Positions 28,077 through 37,315 of a DNA stretch of 64,000 bases are shown here, piece by piece. The position numbers were made by a program, and so were the translations under genes. The notes beneath the pieces are model-generated. The model saw only the letters and a program-made list of their open reading frames with translations, was not told where the DNA came from and did not search any database. Source of the stretch: Cytophagales bacterium (GTDB lineage Bacteria > Bacteroidota > Bacteroidia > Cytophagales > Cytophagaceae); NCBI GenBank assembly GCA_004294225.1, contig REBA01000029.1:2648-66647 (forward strand). The letters run 5' to 3'. The number at the start of each line of letters is the position of its first letter. Positions within the stretch are counted from its first letter, which is position 1.

Positions 28077-29111
28077 TTGAAAGCAAAATTATATATCAAA
28101 CATTTATTGATGTTAGCTTTTATAAAGCTTTGCTTATTTTTTGCACAAGATGTATATGCTCAAGATATTCATTTTTCTCAATTCTTATCTGCTCCAATGA
28201 ATTTGAATCCTGCTCATACGGGGTATTTTGAAGGCAATCTAAGAGCTGTTGCAAACTATAGAAGACAATGGAATTCAATAACTATTCCATACCAAACTTT
28301 TGGATTAAGTATAGACACCAAAGGCTTACCACAAATTAAAAATACTGCATTCGGATTAGGTGTTTATAATGATCAAACAGGAGATTCAAAACTAAATACC
28401 TTTTCAGGAACTATTGCCTTAGCTCAAACTATACCATTCAATAAAAAATCAACACAAGGAATTACTCTAGGAGTCCATCTCGGCATTACTCAAAGGAGTA
28501 TAAATTATAGTGGATTAAGATTTGATAGCCAATATGATGGAAGTGCTCACAATCCCAATCTCTCATCCAATGAAGACCTTTCCATGCAAAGAATCATCTA
28601 TCCAAATGTTCATTTAGGAATAGCTTGGTTCAAGCACCTTAGCAATAGAAAGAAGTTGAATATTGGCACAGCGGTATATCATATCAATAGACCCAATCAA
28701 TCATTTTTTTCAGCGAATTCTTCTCCCTTAGATCCAAGAATCAATTTACATGGTTCTTTTCAAACTCCAATTTCAAAAAATATAGATTTTCTGCCTGCCA
28801 TGTTATTCAACCTTCAGGGCACTTATACAGCCATCACTTTTGGGGGTTCATTGAAATACATTCTAAATCACAATCCATCCTACTATAGAGCAGTTTATCT
28901 AGGTTTTTGGAATAGAGCAGGCGACGCCGGTTGGTTTAGCTTAGGAATGGATTATGGAAATTTTTATGGGTGCATAAGTTACGATATCAATTATAGCCCA
29001 TTGGTCGATGCTAGTAATTTAAGAGGAGGGGTGGAGGTTTCGCTCATTTATATTATCAAAAACTTCTTACCCAAAAGGAAGAAATATCTTTCTTGCCCCG
29101 ACTTTTTATGA
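28077..29111 (+). CDS. PorP/SprF-family type IX secretion membrane protein
   Basis: Contains 'AQDIHFSQFLSAPMNLNPAHTGYFEGNLRAVANYRRQW' and lies immediately downstream of the type-B CTD cargo. Confidence 0.85.
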   Translation: MKAKLYIKHLLMLAFIKLCLFFAQDVYAQDIHFSQFLSAPMNLNPAHTGYFEGNLRAVANYRRQWNSITIPYQTFGLSIDTKGLPQIKNTAFGLGVYNDQTGDSKLNTFSGTIALAQTIPFNKKSTQGITLGVHLGITQRSINYSGLRFDSQYDGSAHNPNLSSNEDLSMQRIIYPNVHLGIAWFKHLSNRKKLNIGTAVYHINRPNQSFFSANSSPLDPRINLHGSFQTPISKNIDFLPAMLFNLQGTYTAITFGGSLKYILNHNPSYYRAVYLGFWNRAGDAGWFSLGMDYGNFYGCISYDINYSPLVDASNLRGGVEVSLIYIIKNFLPKRKKYLSCPDFL

Positions 29112-29143
29112 TATTAAATTAAGTAAAATAAAAATAAATACTA

Positions 29144-29584
29144 TTGAAAAGAATAACCTATATATTGTTCATCGTTTTTTGTTTTGAAAGCCTTAGTATT
29201 GCCCAAACTGCCCATCAATGGGCGAAGTACGGAAATAAGTCTTTTGAAGAAAAAGACTATTATGGTGCCTCATTGTATTTCAAAAATGCTTTAACTGCTG
29301 ATACTTTAAACCTAGAAATAATCAACAAATATGCAGCTGCACTCAGATTATTCAACGATTATGCCCAAGCAGAGAAATATTATCGTTACCTTCTCCAATT
29401 AGATAAAAATAAGGCTTATCCCGAAACAGTTTTTTGGTTAGCCACTTTACAAAAAAATAATGCAAAATATCAAGATGCTCGAAAGAATTTCTTGAAATAC
29501 AAAAATACTGCTGAAGACAAAAAAGTTACTTTTATAAAAAATCAGTTCAAGAAATTAGTGCCTGTGAATATGCACAGGAATTAA
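29144..29584 (+). CDS. TPR-repeat N-terminal fragment of a split TPR/PD40/OmpA protein
   Basis: Has a signal peptide 'SLSIAQ' and TPR-like 'YYGASLYFKNAL', 'AQAEKYYRYLLQLD' and 'YQDARKNFLKY'. The reading frame ends where the -1 frame continues. Confidence 0.6.
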   Translation: MKRITYILFIVFCFESLSIAQTAHQWAKYGNKSFEEKDYYGASLYFKNALTADTLNLEIINKYAAALRLFNDYAQAEKYYRYLLQLDKNKAYPETVFWLATLQKNNAKYQDARKNFLKYKNTAEDKKVTFIKNQFKKLVPVNMHRN

Positions 29585-31383
29585 TGAAAGATACAATTCC
29601 CTTAGAAATCAAAAATATTGGATTACCTATTAATACAGTCAATGCCGACTTTGCTGCATATCCCGTCAATGATTCTACCCTGTTTTTTTCTTCTTTGAGA
29701 AAATCTGAAATTGTAGTTGAAAAGAATAAAAATGCACAAGATTACAAAGTACAATTGCTAATGATTTCTTCTCGTAAGGATACCTTTAATTCAGCTTCTA
29801 TAAAAAATATAATTCAAGATTCAATCGATCCAATTGCAAATGGTTCTTATAATCATAACTTTAGTAAATTTTACTTTACCAAATGCCCCCAAGGAAATGA
29901 CTGCAAAATATGGGTTAAAGAAACTATAAATTCCAAAGACACAATTTACCAACTTCCAAAACCTATTAACCAAGAAGGTTTTACCAGCACCCAACCATAC
30001 GTTGCCTTTGAAGGAGCAAAAGAAATACTCTATTTTGCTTCCAATATTCCTAAAGGTATTGGGAAGTTTGATCTTTGGAAGGCAACAATTGAAAAGAACG
30101 AATATACTGAATTACAAAATCTTCAAAAACCAATCAATTCTATAGACGACGAACTCTGCCCATTTTATGATACTACCCAAAAACAACTGTATTTTTCCTC
30201 CAATTGGCATGAAGGCCTTGGTGGATTTGATATTTTCTATTCAAAAAAAGAAAATAACCTTTGGCAGAAACCAACAAACCTCGGATACCCAATTAATTCT
30301 AGTGCTAATGAATTGTACTTCTTTCATTATCCTTCCAAAAATATAACATACCTTACCAGCAACAGAATAGGTGCTATTACCGAAAAAAGTGCCACCTGTT
30401 GTAACGATATATGGTATTATCAGTTACCAAGTCAAGAGCCTTCTAAAGAAATTCTACGAGTGGATTCATCTTTTACCCTCCTTAAGCAATTTACGCCAAT
30501 CCCTCTTTATTTTCATAATGATGAGCCAAACCCAAAATCAATAGATACCACGACTTCAATCACTTATGAAATAACTTTTCAATCTTACAAAAACAAGTTT
30601 AATGATTACCTTAAAATCAATAAAGTACACCCCAAAGAACCACAAGAAAATAATCCTATCGCTGAATTTTTAACTAATGAAGTAGAGTCTAGTTGGAAAA
30701 AATTAGAACAATTTACCCATCAGATTTACCAACAATTGAATAAAGGCAAAAGATTAGAGGTTACCATCAAAGGCTATGCAAGCCCTTTGGCAAATACAGA
30801 TTATAACATAAAACTTACCAAGAGAAGAATAGCAAGCTTAGACCAGTATTTTAGAACTTATCAAAGTGGAGTATTGATACCCTATTTGGAAGATACTGCT
30901 AAAAACAAAGGCTACTTGCATCTGATAAAAATTCCTTTTGGTGAATATAAAGCAGGAAATCATGTAATTGATGATATTAACAATCCAGACTATTCTATAT
31001 ACAGCCTAGCTGCAGCAAAAGAAAGAAAGATAGAAATTATCAATGTAGAACTATCCCACGAAGATACCCTTCACTCTAGAATTAAATTCAATACCGAAAT
31101 ACATGATTTTGGAGCAATAGCTAATAATGATATACTTAGCTTTATTTTTAGATTAAGCAATAAGGGCAATTATCCTTTAGAAATATTAAGAATAGATAAT
31201 AATAATAGTAATGTATCCATAGAATATGACCCAAAGCCAGTATTACCTAATCAACAAATTGAAATAAAAGTACTTTTAACTCCAGAATTAACAATAGGAA
31301 AAAAAATCATACATTTTCAATTATATACTACTGCAAAAAATTCATTTAAAGAATTAACTTTGACTTACGAAAAAATAAGATAA
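29584..31383 (+). CDS. PD40 (TolB-like) repeat, OmpA-like and DUF1573-like C-terminal portion of the split gene
   Basis: PD40 repeats include 'INTVNADFAAYPVNDSTLFFSS' and 'INSIDDELCPFYD...LYFSSN'. The OmpA-like part is 'IKGYASPLANTDYNIKLTKRRIASLDQYF'. This frame is open from 29515, reading '..KKSVQEISACEYAQEL' before the ATG. Confidence 0.65.
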   Translation: MKDTIPLEIKNIGLPINTVNADFAAYPVNDSTLFFSSLRKSEIVVEKNKNAQDYKVQLLMISSRKDTFNSASIKNIIQDSIDPIANGSYNHNFSKFYFTKCPQGNDCKIWVKETINSKDTIYQLPKPINQEGFTSTQPYVAFEGAKEILYFASNIPKGIGKFDLWKATIEKNEYTELQNLQKPINSIDDELCPFYDTTQKQLYFSSNWHEGLGGFDIFYSKKENNLWQKPTNLGYPINSSANELYFFHYPSKNITYLTSNRIGAITEKSATCCNDIWYYQLPSQEPSKEILRVDSSFTLLKQFTPIPLYFHNDEPNPKSIDTTTSITYEITFQSYKNKFNDYLKINKVHPKEPQENNPIAEFLTNEVESSWKKLEQFTHQIYQQLNKGKRLEVTIKGYASPLANTDYNIKLTKRRIASLDQYFRTYQSGVLIPYLEDTAKNKGYLHLIKIPFGEYKAGNHVIDDINNPDYSIYSLAAAKERKIEIINVELSHEDTLHSRIKFNTEIHDFGAIANNDILSFIFRLSNKGNYPLEILRIDNNNSNVSIEYDPKPVLPNQQIEIKVLLTPELTIGKKIIHFQLYTTAKNSFKELTLTYEKIR

Positions 31384-31398
31384 TACCCAATAAAAGCA

Positions 31399-31701
31399 AT
31401 GATTTCTACTTCAACTACCATTGTGGATAAAATACAGCTTCTAGAAAGCAAAATAAAATCTATGCTATTGGAAAGGCAAACATTGCATAATGAACTAAAA
31501 AACATAAGGTTAGAAATAAAGAAGTTAGAAACTTGCTTAGAAGATCAAAATGAAGATTTAAAAAAGTTTCAAAATCAAGATAAAATAACTAAAATTGTAA
31601 ACGTAACAACAGAACAAACAAAGAGTACTGTCGAACTTCGAATGTTGCTTAATCAATACATTCGAGAAATTGACAAATGTATAGCTCATATAAGTGAATA
31701 A
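31399..31701 (+). CDS. Small coiled-coil protein upstream of zapA
   Basis: A 100-aa protein with heptad-rich 'LLESKIKSMLLERQTLHNELKNIRLEIKKLE'. Confidence 0.45.
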   Translation: MISTSTTIVDKIQLLESKIKSMLLERQTLHNELKNIRLEIKKLETCLEDQNEDLKKFQNQDKITKIVNVTTEQTKSTVELRMLLNQYIREIDKCIAHISE

Positions 31702-31719
31702 TTTAAATGATCTTCCCAT

Positions 31720-32007
31720 ATGAGGGAATTGTCTATAAAAATCAGAATTGCAGATAGAGAGTACCCTATGACGGTTCCCTCTTCTGATGAACAAAGGCTA
31801 AGAGTAGCCGGAAGATTAATTAATGAAAAAATAAAAACGTTCAAAGAAACTTTTGGTATAGACGACAAACAAGATCTACTCTCTATGGTAGCTTTTGATG
31901 TCATGGTAGAAAGACTTAAAGCCGAAGAATTAAATAACGAAACCAACGAAATACTTGTATCTAAGTTGGATGAATTGAACCATTTGATAGACCATTCATT
32001 AAAATAA
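31720..32007 (+). CDS. zapA: Cell division protein ZapA
   Basis: A 95-aa protein with 'LSIKIRIADREYPMTVPSSDEQRLRVAGRLINEKI'. Confidence 0.7.
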   Translation: MRELSIKIRIADREYPMTVPSSDEQRLRVAGRLINEKIKTFKETFGIDDKQDLLSMVAFDVMVERLKAEELNNETNEILVSKLDELNHLIDHSLK

Positions 32008-32068
32008 TTTTTACTGATTATTAAATTATTTTTTATTCATAAGCTATAATACTGCACTTTGTAAGTTC

Positions 32069-33667
32069 TTGTTATTTAAATTATTTAACACATTATTTAC
32101 AATGGAAACCATATTATACATTATCGTAACTGCCATCATAACTTCTGGAATAGGAATTTATGTGGGAAAAATCATTTACTCAAAAGTTGCCCTTAGGCAT
32201 GAGGAGGAAGCAATAGAAAAATCAAAACTTATTGTAAAAGAAGCAGAACTTCAAGGAGAGAAAGTAAAAAACAACAAAATTCTTGAAGCTAAAGAACAAT
32301 TCATTAAACTAAAAGCAGAATTTGAAGAAGAAGCCAATAAAAAGAAAAACATCATTCTTCAAAACGAACAAAAATTAAAACAAAGAGAGCAAACTATATC
32401 TAAAACTATAGAGCAAAATCAAAGAAAAGAAGCCGAATTAGAGAGCATGAAAGAAAATGTTTCTGCTCAAATAGAAATAGTTGCAAAGAGAAAAGAAGAA
32501 GCCGAAAAAGTACTTGCCCAACAAGTATCAAGACTAGAGAAAGTAGCTAACCTTACCGCAGAAGAAGCCAAAAATCAAATTATTGATGCTTTGAAAGAAG
32601 AAGCTAAAACAAAAGCATCTTCCTATATCAAAGATATTGTGGACGAAGCTAAACTTACTGCTACTAAAGAAGCCAAAAAAATCATCATCGAAACTATACA
32701 AAGAACAGCTTCTGAGACAGCAGTAGAAAACTGTGTTTCTATATTTAATATTGAAAGCGAAGATATCAAAGGTAAAATCATTGGTAGAGAAGGTAGAAAT
32801 ATCAGAGCATTAGAAGCTGCTACAGGAGTAGAGATTATAGTGGATGACACACCAGACGCGATTGTTATTTCTGGATTTGATCCAGTTAGAAGAGAAGTAG
32901 CCAGATTATCACTCCACAGACTGGTTCAAGACGGCAGAATACATCCTGCAAGGATTGAAGAAATAGTAGCTAAAACATTTAAAAACATAGAAGAAGAAAT
33001 CATAGAGATTGGTGAAAGAACAGTAATCGATTTAGGTATTCATGGTTTGCATCCAGAGTTGATTAAGTATGTAGGAAGAATGAGATTCAGGTCATCTTAT
33101 GGTCAGAATCTATTACAACATTCTAGAGAAGTAGCCAAATTATGCTCAGCTATGGCATCAGAACTTGGGCTAAACCCCAAAGTAGCCAAAAGAGCAGGCT
33201 TGTTGCATGATATAGGCAAAGTGCCTACGGAAGAGTCTGAATTACCTCATGCAATTCTTGGAATGGAAATAGCAAAAAAGTTTAAAGAGTCTTCAGAAGT
33301 GTGCAATGCCATAGGAGCTCACCATGATGAAATAGAAATGACCAGTATGATTTCGCCAATTATTCAAATCTGCGATGCGATATCAGGCTCTAGGCCTGGT
33401 GCAAGAAGAGAAATGATGGAGTCTTACATGAAGAGATTGAAAGAATTAGAAAACCTTGCACTTTCTTTTGATGGAGTGACTAAATGCTTTGCTATTCAAG
33501 CAGGAAGAGAGCTTCGTATCATGGTAGATGCAGAGAATGTAACTGATGAAAAAGCAGGAATACTCTCTTTTGATATTTCTAAAAAGATAGAAAACGACAT
33601 GCAATACCCAGGGCAAATCAAAGTAACTGTAATCAGAGAGATGAGAGCAGTAAGCTTTGCCAAGTAA
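32069..33667 (+). CDS. rny: Ribonuclease Y
   Basis: Has an N-terminal TM segment, a coiled coil, a KH domain '[19 protein letters not shown]' and an HD domain 'LLHDIGK...GAHHDE'. The likely start is ATG at 32102. Confidence 0.9.
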   Translation: MLFKLFNTLFTMETILYIIVTAIITSGIGIYVGKIIYSKVALRHEEEAIEKSKLIVKEAELQGEKVKNNKILEAKEQFIKLKAEFEEEANKKKNIILQNEQKLKQREQTISKTIEQNQRKEAELESMKENVSAQIEIVAKRKEEAEKVLAQQVSRLEKVANLTAEEAKNQIIDALKEEAKTKASSYIKDIVDEAKLTATKEAKKIIIETIQRTASETAVENCVSIFNIESEDIKGKIIGREGRNIRALEAATGVEIIVDDTPDAIVISGFDPVRREVARLSLHRLVQDGRIHPARIEEIVAKTFKNIEEEIIEIGERTVIDLGIHGLHPELIKYVGRMRFRSSYGQNLLQHSREVAKLCSAMASELGLNPKVAKRAGLLHDIGKVPTEESELPHAILGMEIAKKFKESSEVCNAIGAHHDEIEMTSMISPIIQICDAISGSRPGARREMMESYMKRLKELENLALSFDGVTKCFAIQAGRELRIMVDAENVTDEKAGILSFDISKKIENDMQYPGQIKVTVIREMRAVSFAK

Positions 33668-33693
33668 TATCAATGAATCAATAAAATAAAAAA

Positions 33694-33717
33694 AGTCTAC
33701 CAACGTAGACTTTTTTT
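33694..33717 (+). terminator. Rho-independent terminator after rny
   Basis: AGTCTAC-caac-GTAGACT is followed by T7 and preceded by an A-run, so it may act in both directions. Confidence 0.7.
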
Positions 33718-33766
33718 ATTTTTCAACATTTAGAATCATTGCTATTATTATTTATTTTATAAGTCT

Positions 33767-33774
33767 TATTTTTG
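33767..33774 (+). promoter_or_regulatory. Candidate -7 promoter box (TATTTTTG)
   Basis: Matches TAnnTTTG, 15 nt upstream of the ATG at 33789. Confidence 0.3.
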
Positions 33775-33788
33775 AAAAAATATTTTAT

Positions 33789-34727
33789 ATGAAACTAAAT
33801 TCCCTTGTTTTCTTTGTTTTCTTGATTCTGAGTACATCATGTATTGTAAGCAAAAAAAAGTACGATGAATTGGCTCGTCAGAAAGCTCAATTAGAACTTG
33901 ATAAAGCAGATTGTGAAGAAAGAACAAAAGCACTGGGTGTAGAAAAAGACAGACTAAGCGATCAAATAAAACAATTTTCAGATGCTGTGATAGCTTTAGA
34001 AAAAGACTCAGTAGCCAACAAACAACTTATCAGTAAACTCAATAAAGAAATAGCAGCACTCAACGATTCTTATAACAAAATATCAAAAAGTTATGAAAAA
34101 TTGCAAACCAACAGCAATAGCGAAATAGCTAAAAGAGAAAAAGATTTAATGGATTTAGAAAAGAAAAACAACCTCTTAAAAATTGACCTTCAAGACAGAG
34201 AAATCAAAGTAAAAGAACTAGAGAAAATTATTGCTGATAAAGAAAAAGCTACTAAAGATCTTAAAGACAGAGTGAGCAAAGCCTTACTGAGCTTTAAAGA
34301 CAAAGATATCTCTGTAAATGTAAAAAATGGGAAAGTATATGTATCGCTTGCTGAGCAATTGCTCTTTAAATCAGGCAGTACAAAAGTAGATGCCAAAGGT
34401 GTAGATGCACTAAAGAAATTGGCAGAAGCCCTTAAAGATGAAAACGACGTATCTGTACTGGTAGAAGGGCACACCGACGATGTAGCCATAGCAAAAGGAA
34501 CTTCAGGCATGGAAGACAACTGGGATTTAAGTGTGTTGAGAGCAACTTCTATCACTAGAATACTTCTTTCCGCTGGACTTAGCCCCAAAAGAATTAGCCC
34601 TTCAGGAAGAGGAGAATTTATGCCTGTTGCAGAGGGCAAAAGTGCAGAAGCTAGACAAAAAAATAGACGTACCGAAATTATTTTGACCCCTAAACTAGAC
34701 GATTTATTTAAAATCCTAGAACAATAA
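33789..34727 (+). CDS. OmpA-family lipoprotein with a long coiled-coil N-terminal region
   Basis: Has a lipobox 'LSTSC'. The OmpA-like C-terminus contains 'VEGHTDDV...NWDLSVLRATSITRIL...NRRTEIILTPK'. Confidence 0.75.
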   Translation: MKLNSLVFFVFLILSTSCIVSKKKYDELARQKAQLELDKADCEERTKALGVEKDRLSDQIKQFSDAVIALEKDSVANKQLISKLNKEIAALNDSYNKISKSYEKLQTNSNSEIAKREKDLMDLEKKNNLLKIDLQDREIKVKELEKIIADKEKATKDLKDRVSKALLSFKDKDISVNVKNGKVYVSLAEQLLFKSGSTKVDAKGVDALKKLAEALKDENDVSVLVEGHTDDVAIAKGTSGMEDNWDLSVLRATSITRILLSAGLSPKRISPSGRGEFMPVAEGKSAEARQKNRRTEIILTPKLDDLFKILEQ

Positions 34728-34737
34728 TCTATCTCAT

Positions 34738-35727
34738 TTGGCAATCATCACCTCAAATTATCAACCCAATTGCCTTTTTAGAAATGGACATGTACAAACC
34801 ATTTTCCCAGCCTTATTGAGGTCCATAAATGGTTTTAACTATCAAAGAGAACGAATCATCACTCCCGATGAAGATTTTTTAGATTTGGATTGGAGCAAGG
34901 TAGGCAGTAAAAATCTAGCCTTGATTTCTCACGGTTTAGAAGGCTCCTCAGATACTGCCTACGCCAAGGGGATGTCTAAAATACTCAATAAGCATCAAAT
35001 AGATGCACTTGTATGGAACTACAGAGGTTGTAGTGGCGAAATAAACTTATTGCCTAGATATTACCATAGTGGTGAAACGGGCGATTTGCAAACGGTTATC
35101 AATCATATTTTGGCTTTAAATCAATACGAGTCGATATATCTTCTTGGTTTTAGTGTAGGCGGGAATATTACTCTCAAATATTTGGGAGAACAATCAAGCA
35201 ATATCCACCCACTCATCAAAAGTGCAATCACCTATTCTGTTCCCTGCGACTTAGAGGCATCGGCAAAACACCTCTCTAAAATTCAAAATAAAATCTATCT
35301 AAAACGCTTTATCAAAAGCCTAGTTTTCAAGATCAAAGAAAAAGCTAAAATTTTCCCAGAAAGCTTTGATATTACTGCTATTGAAAGCATTGTAAATTTT
35401 GAACAATTCGACAATCAATTTACCGCACCAATGTTTGGCTATGCTTCTGCCAATGAGTACTGGAAGTCCAATAGTTCAAAATACTTTATCAATTCCATTA
35501 CATTACCCACTTTGATTATTACGGCTGAAAACGATCCCTTTTTTACCAAAGCATGTTTTCCAATAGAAGAAACAAAACATCACCCTAAAGTAGATTTAGA
35601 ACTGAATAAATATGGAGGACATTGTGGATTTGGTTATTCCCCGTTTTCTAATCAATTTTATTCAGAACAAAGAACCATAGAATTTCTTGCTAACTGTCTT
35701 CTATCAAAGTCCAAATCTGCCAGTTGA
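34738..35727 (+). CDS. Alpha/beta hydrolase (YheT-like)
   Basis: Contains 'NGHVQTIFPALLR', the nucleophile elbow 'GFSVGGN' and 'GGHCGF'. The start codon is TTG. Confidence 0.75.
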   Translation: MAIITSNYQPNCLFRNGHVQTIFPALLRSINGFNYQRERIITPDEDFLDLDWSKVGSKNLALISHGLEGSSDTAYAKGMSKILNKHQIDALVWNYRGCSGEINLLPRYYHSGETGDLQTVINHILALNQYESIYLLGFSVGGNITLKYLGEQSSNIHPLIKSAITYSVPCDLEASAKHLSKIQNKIYLKRFIKSLVFKIKEKAKIFPESFDITAIESIVNFEQFDNQFTAPMFGYASANEYWKSNSSKYFINSITLPTLIITAENDPFFTKACFPIEETKHHPKVDLELNKYGGHCGFGYSPFSNQFYSEQRTIEFLANCLLSKSKSAS

Positions 35728-35770
35728 ATGCTGCGTACTTCCATACAACGCAGTCCACAGCCATAGTGTC

Positions 35771-36057
35771 TCGTCCTAAAAAAAGTTGAGCGTTTAATTG
35801 ATTTATCCTGCTATTGATTTACAGTTCTAGTTTAGTCCTGTATATGGATTTAATAAGCTCAAGGCTTGTCTTTGTTTACAAACTCTTCCATGCTTCGCAT
35901 TTGCATTTGAAATAGGTCTTGAGGGGGCGATTAGGGCATATTTGAGATGTGTTTTCCTTTTTTAAATAGTCAATTACACGTTCTTTTCTAATTATTATTT
36001 TGATATATTTACTAGAAAATAAACGGTAGTTTTTTCACAAACTGACGTTGGATGATA
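35771..36057 (+). repeat. Copy 1 of a ~287-bp direct repeat (module R) preceding a cassette ORF
   Basis: By-eye alignment with 37008-37296. The first ~170 nt are nearly identical, the next ~60 nt are roughly 80% identical, and the last ~60 nt are nearly identical. Confidence 0.85.
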
Positions 36058-36111
36058 TGCTTACCCAGCATTCTGTAAAATTGATAGAGTAAAACCAAAG
36101 ATATTATTTTG

Positions 36112-36119
36112 TAACTTTG
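36112..36119 (+). promoter_or_regulatory. Candidate -7 promoter box (TAACTTTG)
   Basis: Matches TAnnTTTG and ends 6 nt before the ATG at 36126, which implies a near-leaderless transcript. Confidence 0.3.
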
Positions 36120-36125
36120 TAAACT

Positions 36126-36701
36126 ATGACAGAAAAAAATCTTTATATAATTGCGGGTTGTAACGGAGCTGGAAAAACAACAGCTTCATTTACAATTCTA
36201 CCCGAAATAATTGACTGTAAAGAATTTGTAAATGCTGACGAAATTGCAAAAGGATTATCACCTTTTCAACCCACAAAAGTAGCTTTTGAAGCGGGTAGAA
36301 TAATGCTAAAAAGAATGGATGAATTGTTGAATAATAATGAAAATTTCGCTTTTGAAACTACATTGTCAACAAGAAGTTACAAAACAAAAATTATCGAAGC
36401 AAAAGAGAAAGGTTACACCACAACTTTGCTTTTCTTTTGGCTTCAAAATGTGGAATTAGCCAAAGAGCGTGTGAAAATAAGAGTTTTGGAAGGCGGACAT
36501 AATATTGAACCTGAAGTTATTGAAAGGCGATATTACAGAGGCATAAAAAATCTATTTGAAATTTACTTACCAATAGTTGACGGAACATTGATTTTTGACA
36601 ATTCAAATGGAAAACACGAACTTTTAGCTGAAAAAACAGTTGATGGACGAATAAATATTATTGACCAAGAGAAGTTTAACGAACTAAATAATATAAAATG
36701 A
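36126..36701 (+). CDS. Zeta-toxin-like / COG4185-type P-loop ATPase
   Basis: Walker A is 'IAGCNGAGKTT'. Also contains 'FVNADEIAKGLSP', 'FAFETTLS' and 'ERVKIRVLEGGHNIPEEVIERRY'-like 'RVLEGGHNIEPEVIERRY'. Confidence 0.7.
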   Translation: MTEKNLYIIAGCNGAGKTTASFTILPEIIDCKEFVNADEIAKGLSPFQPTKVAFEAGRIMLKRMDELLNNNENFAFETTLSTRSYKTKIIEAKEKGYTTTLLFFWLQNVELAKERVKIRVLEGGHNIEPEVIERRYYRGIKNLFEIYLPIVDGTLIFDNSNGKHELLAEKTVDGRINIIDQEKFNELNNIK

Positions 36702-36850
36702 CAACAGTAGAAAAACAAATAGAACTTAGAAATAAAATTTTATTTGGGCTTGAAAAAGTTTACGAAAAATTAATTGAATTTAAGAAACAAAAAAATACGA
36801 AACTTGTTGTAATGAGAGACAACAAAATAGTAAAAGTAATGCCTGAATAA
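36698..36850 (+). CDS. 50-aa ORF translationally coupled to the zeta-like ATPase (candidate partner or antitoxin)
   Basis: Not in the track because it is under 60 aa. An ATGA start/stop overlap lies at 36698-36701. The hand translation is MTTVEKQIELRNKILFGLEKVYEKLIEFKKQKNTKLVVMRDNKIVKVMPE. Confidence 0.4.
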   Translation: MTTVEKQIELRNKILFGLEKVYEKLIEFKKQKNTKLVVMRDNKIVKVMPE

Positions 36851-36863
36851 AAACACGTCGCCT

Positions 36864-36917
36864 AAAAACTAAGTCTTCGTGGTGGCTGCAAGCCAAGCCA
36901 TGAAGACGGTGTTGAAC
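36864..36917 (+). repeat. Imperfect hairpin element (module E, copy A) after cassette 1
   Basis: GTCTTCGTGGTGGCT-GCA-AGCCAAGCCATGAAGAC (36873-36907) has unpaired bases in the 3' arm. It is flanked by ..AAAAAC and GTTGAAC. Sequence similarity to copy B continues to about 36985. Confidence 0.5.
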
Positions 36918-37007
36918 ATTTCAAAAACAATAGTTTTTGAGAAAGTATGTGCGGTATGTTTTGGGAGAGTGCTTATTTATTATGGGTTTCTGGTGTAGAG
37001 ATTTGTT

Positions 37008-37296
37008 TCGTCCTAAAAAAAGTTGAGCGTTTAATTGATTTATCCTGCTATTGATTTACAGTTCTAGTTTAGTTCTGTATATGTAATTTAATAAGCTCAA
37101 GGCTTGTCTTTGTTTACAAACTCTTCCATGCTTCGCATTTGCATTTGAAATCGGTCTTGAGGGGGCGATTAGGGCATATTTGATATCTGTTCTCCCTTTT
37201 AAAATATTCAATTACAGGTTCTCTTCCAATTATTATTTTGATATATTTACAAAAAAATAAACGATAGTTTTTTCACAAACTGACGTTAGATGAAAT
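37008..37296 (+). repeat. Copy 2 of the ~287-bp direct repeat (module R)
   Basis: See copy 1. Both begin TCGTCCTAAAAAAAGTTGAGCG and end ..TTTTTTCACAAACTGACGTT(G/A)GATGA. Confidence 0.85.
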
Positions 37297-37315
37297 TTAA
37301 AAATAACTGAGATAA

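Noticed and set aside
31558-31946. Minus-strand ORFs 31558-31794 and 31686-31946
   Set aside because: They are antisense to the coiled-coil and zapA genes. They are shadow ORFs of AT-rich coding sequence.
34190-34744. A 184-aa minus-strand ORF
   Set aside because: It lies entirely antisense to the well-supported OmpA-family gene and gives a Ser/Leu-rich low-complexity translation. It is a shadow ORF.
35859-35906. A 15-aa minus-strand ORF (MQMRSMEEFVNKDKP) inside repeat module R, and a longer start-less frame (..KYALIAPSRPISNANAKHGRVCKQRQ..)
   Set aside because: The first is too short, and the longer frame has no start codon. Differences between the R copies include an indel and show no third-position bias. 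There is no support for coding.
35771-37296. The 287-bp repeats as a CRISPR array, an IS element or a MITE
   Set aside because: There are only two copies, each far longer than a CRISPR repeat. No transposase ORF is present, and the terminal inverted repeats are at best 5 of 6 nt (TCGTCC / GGATGA).
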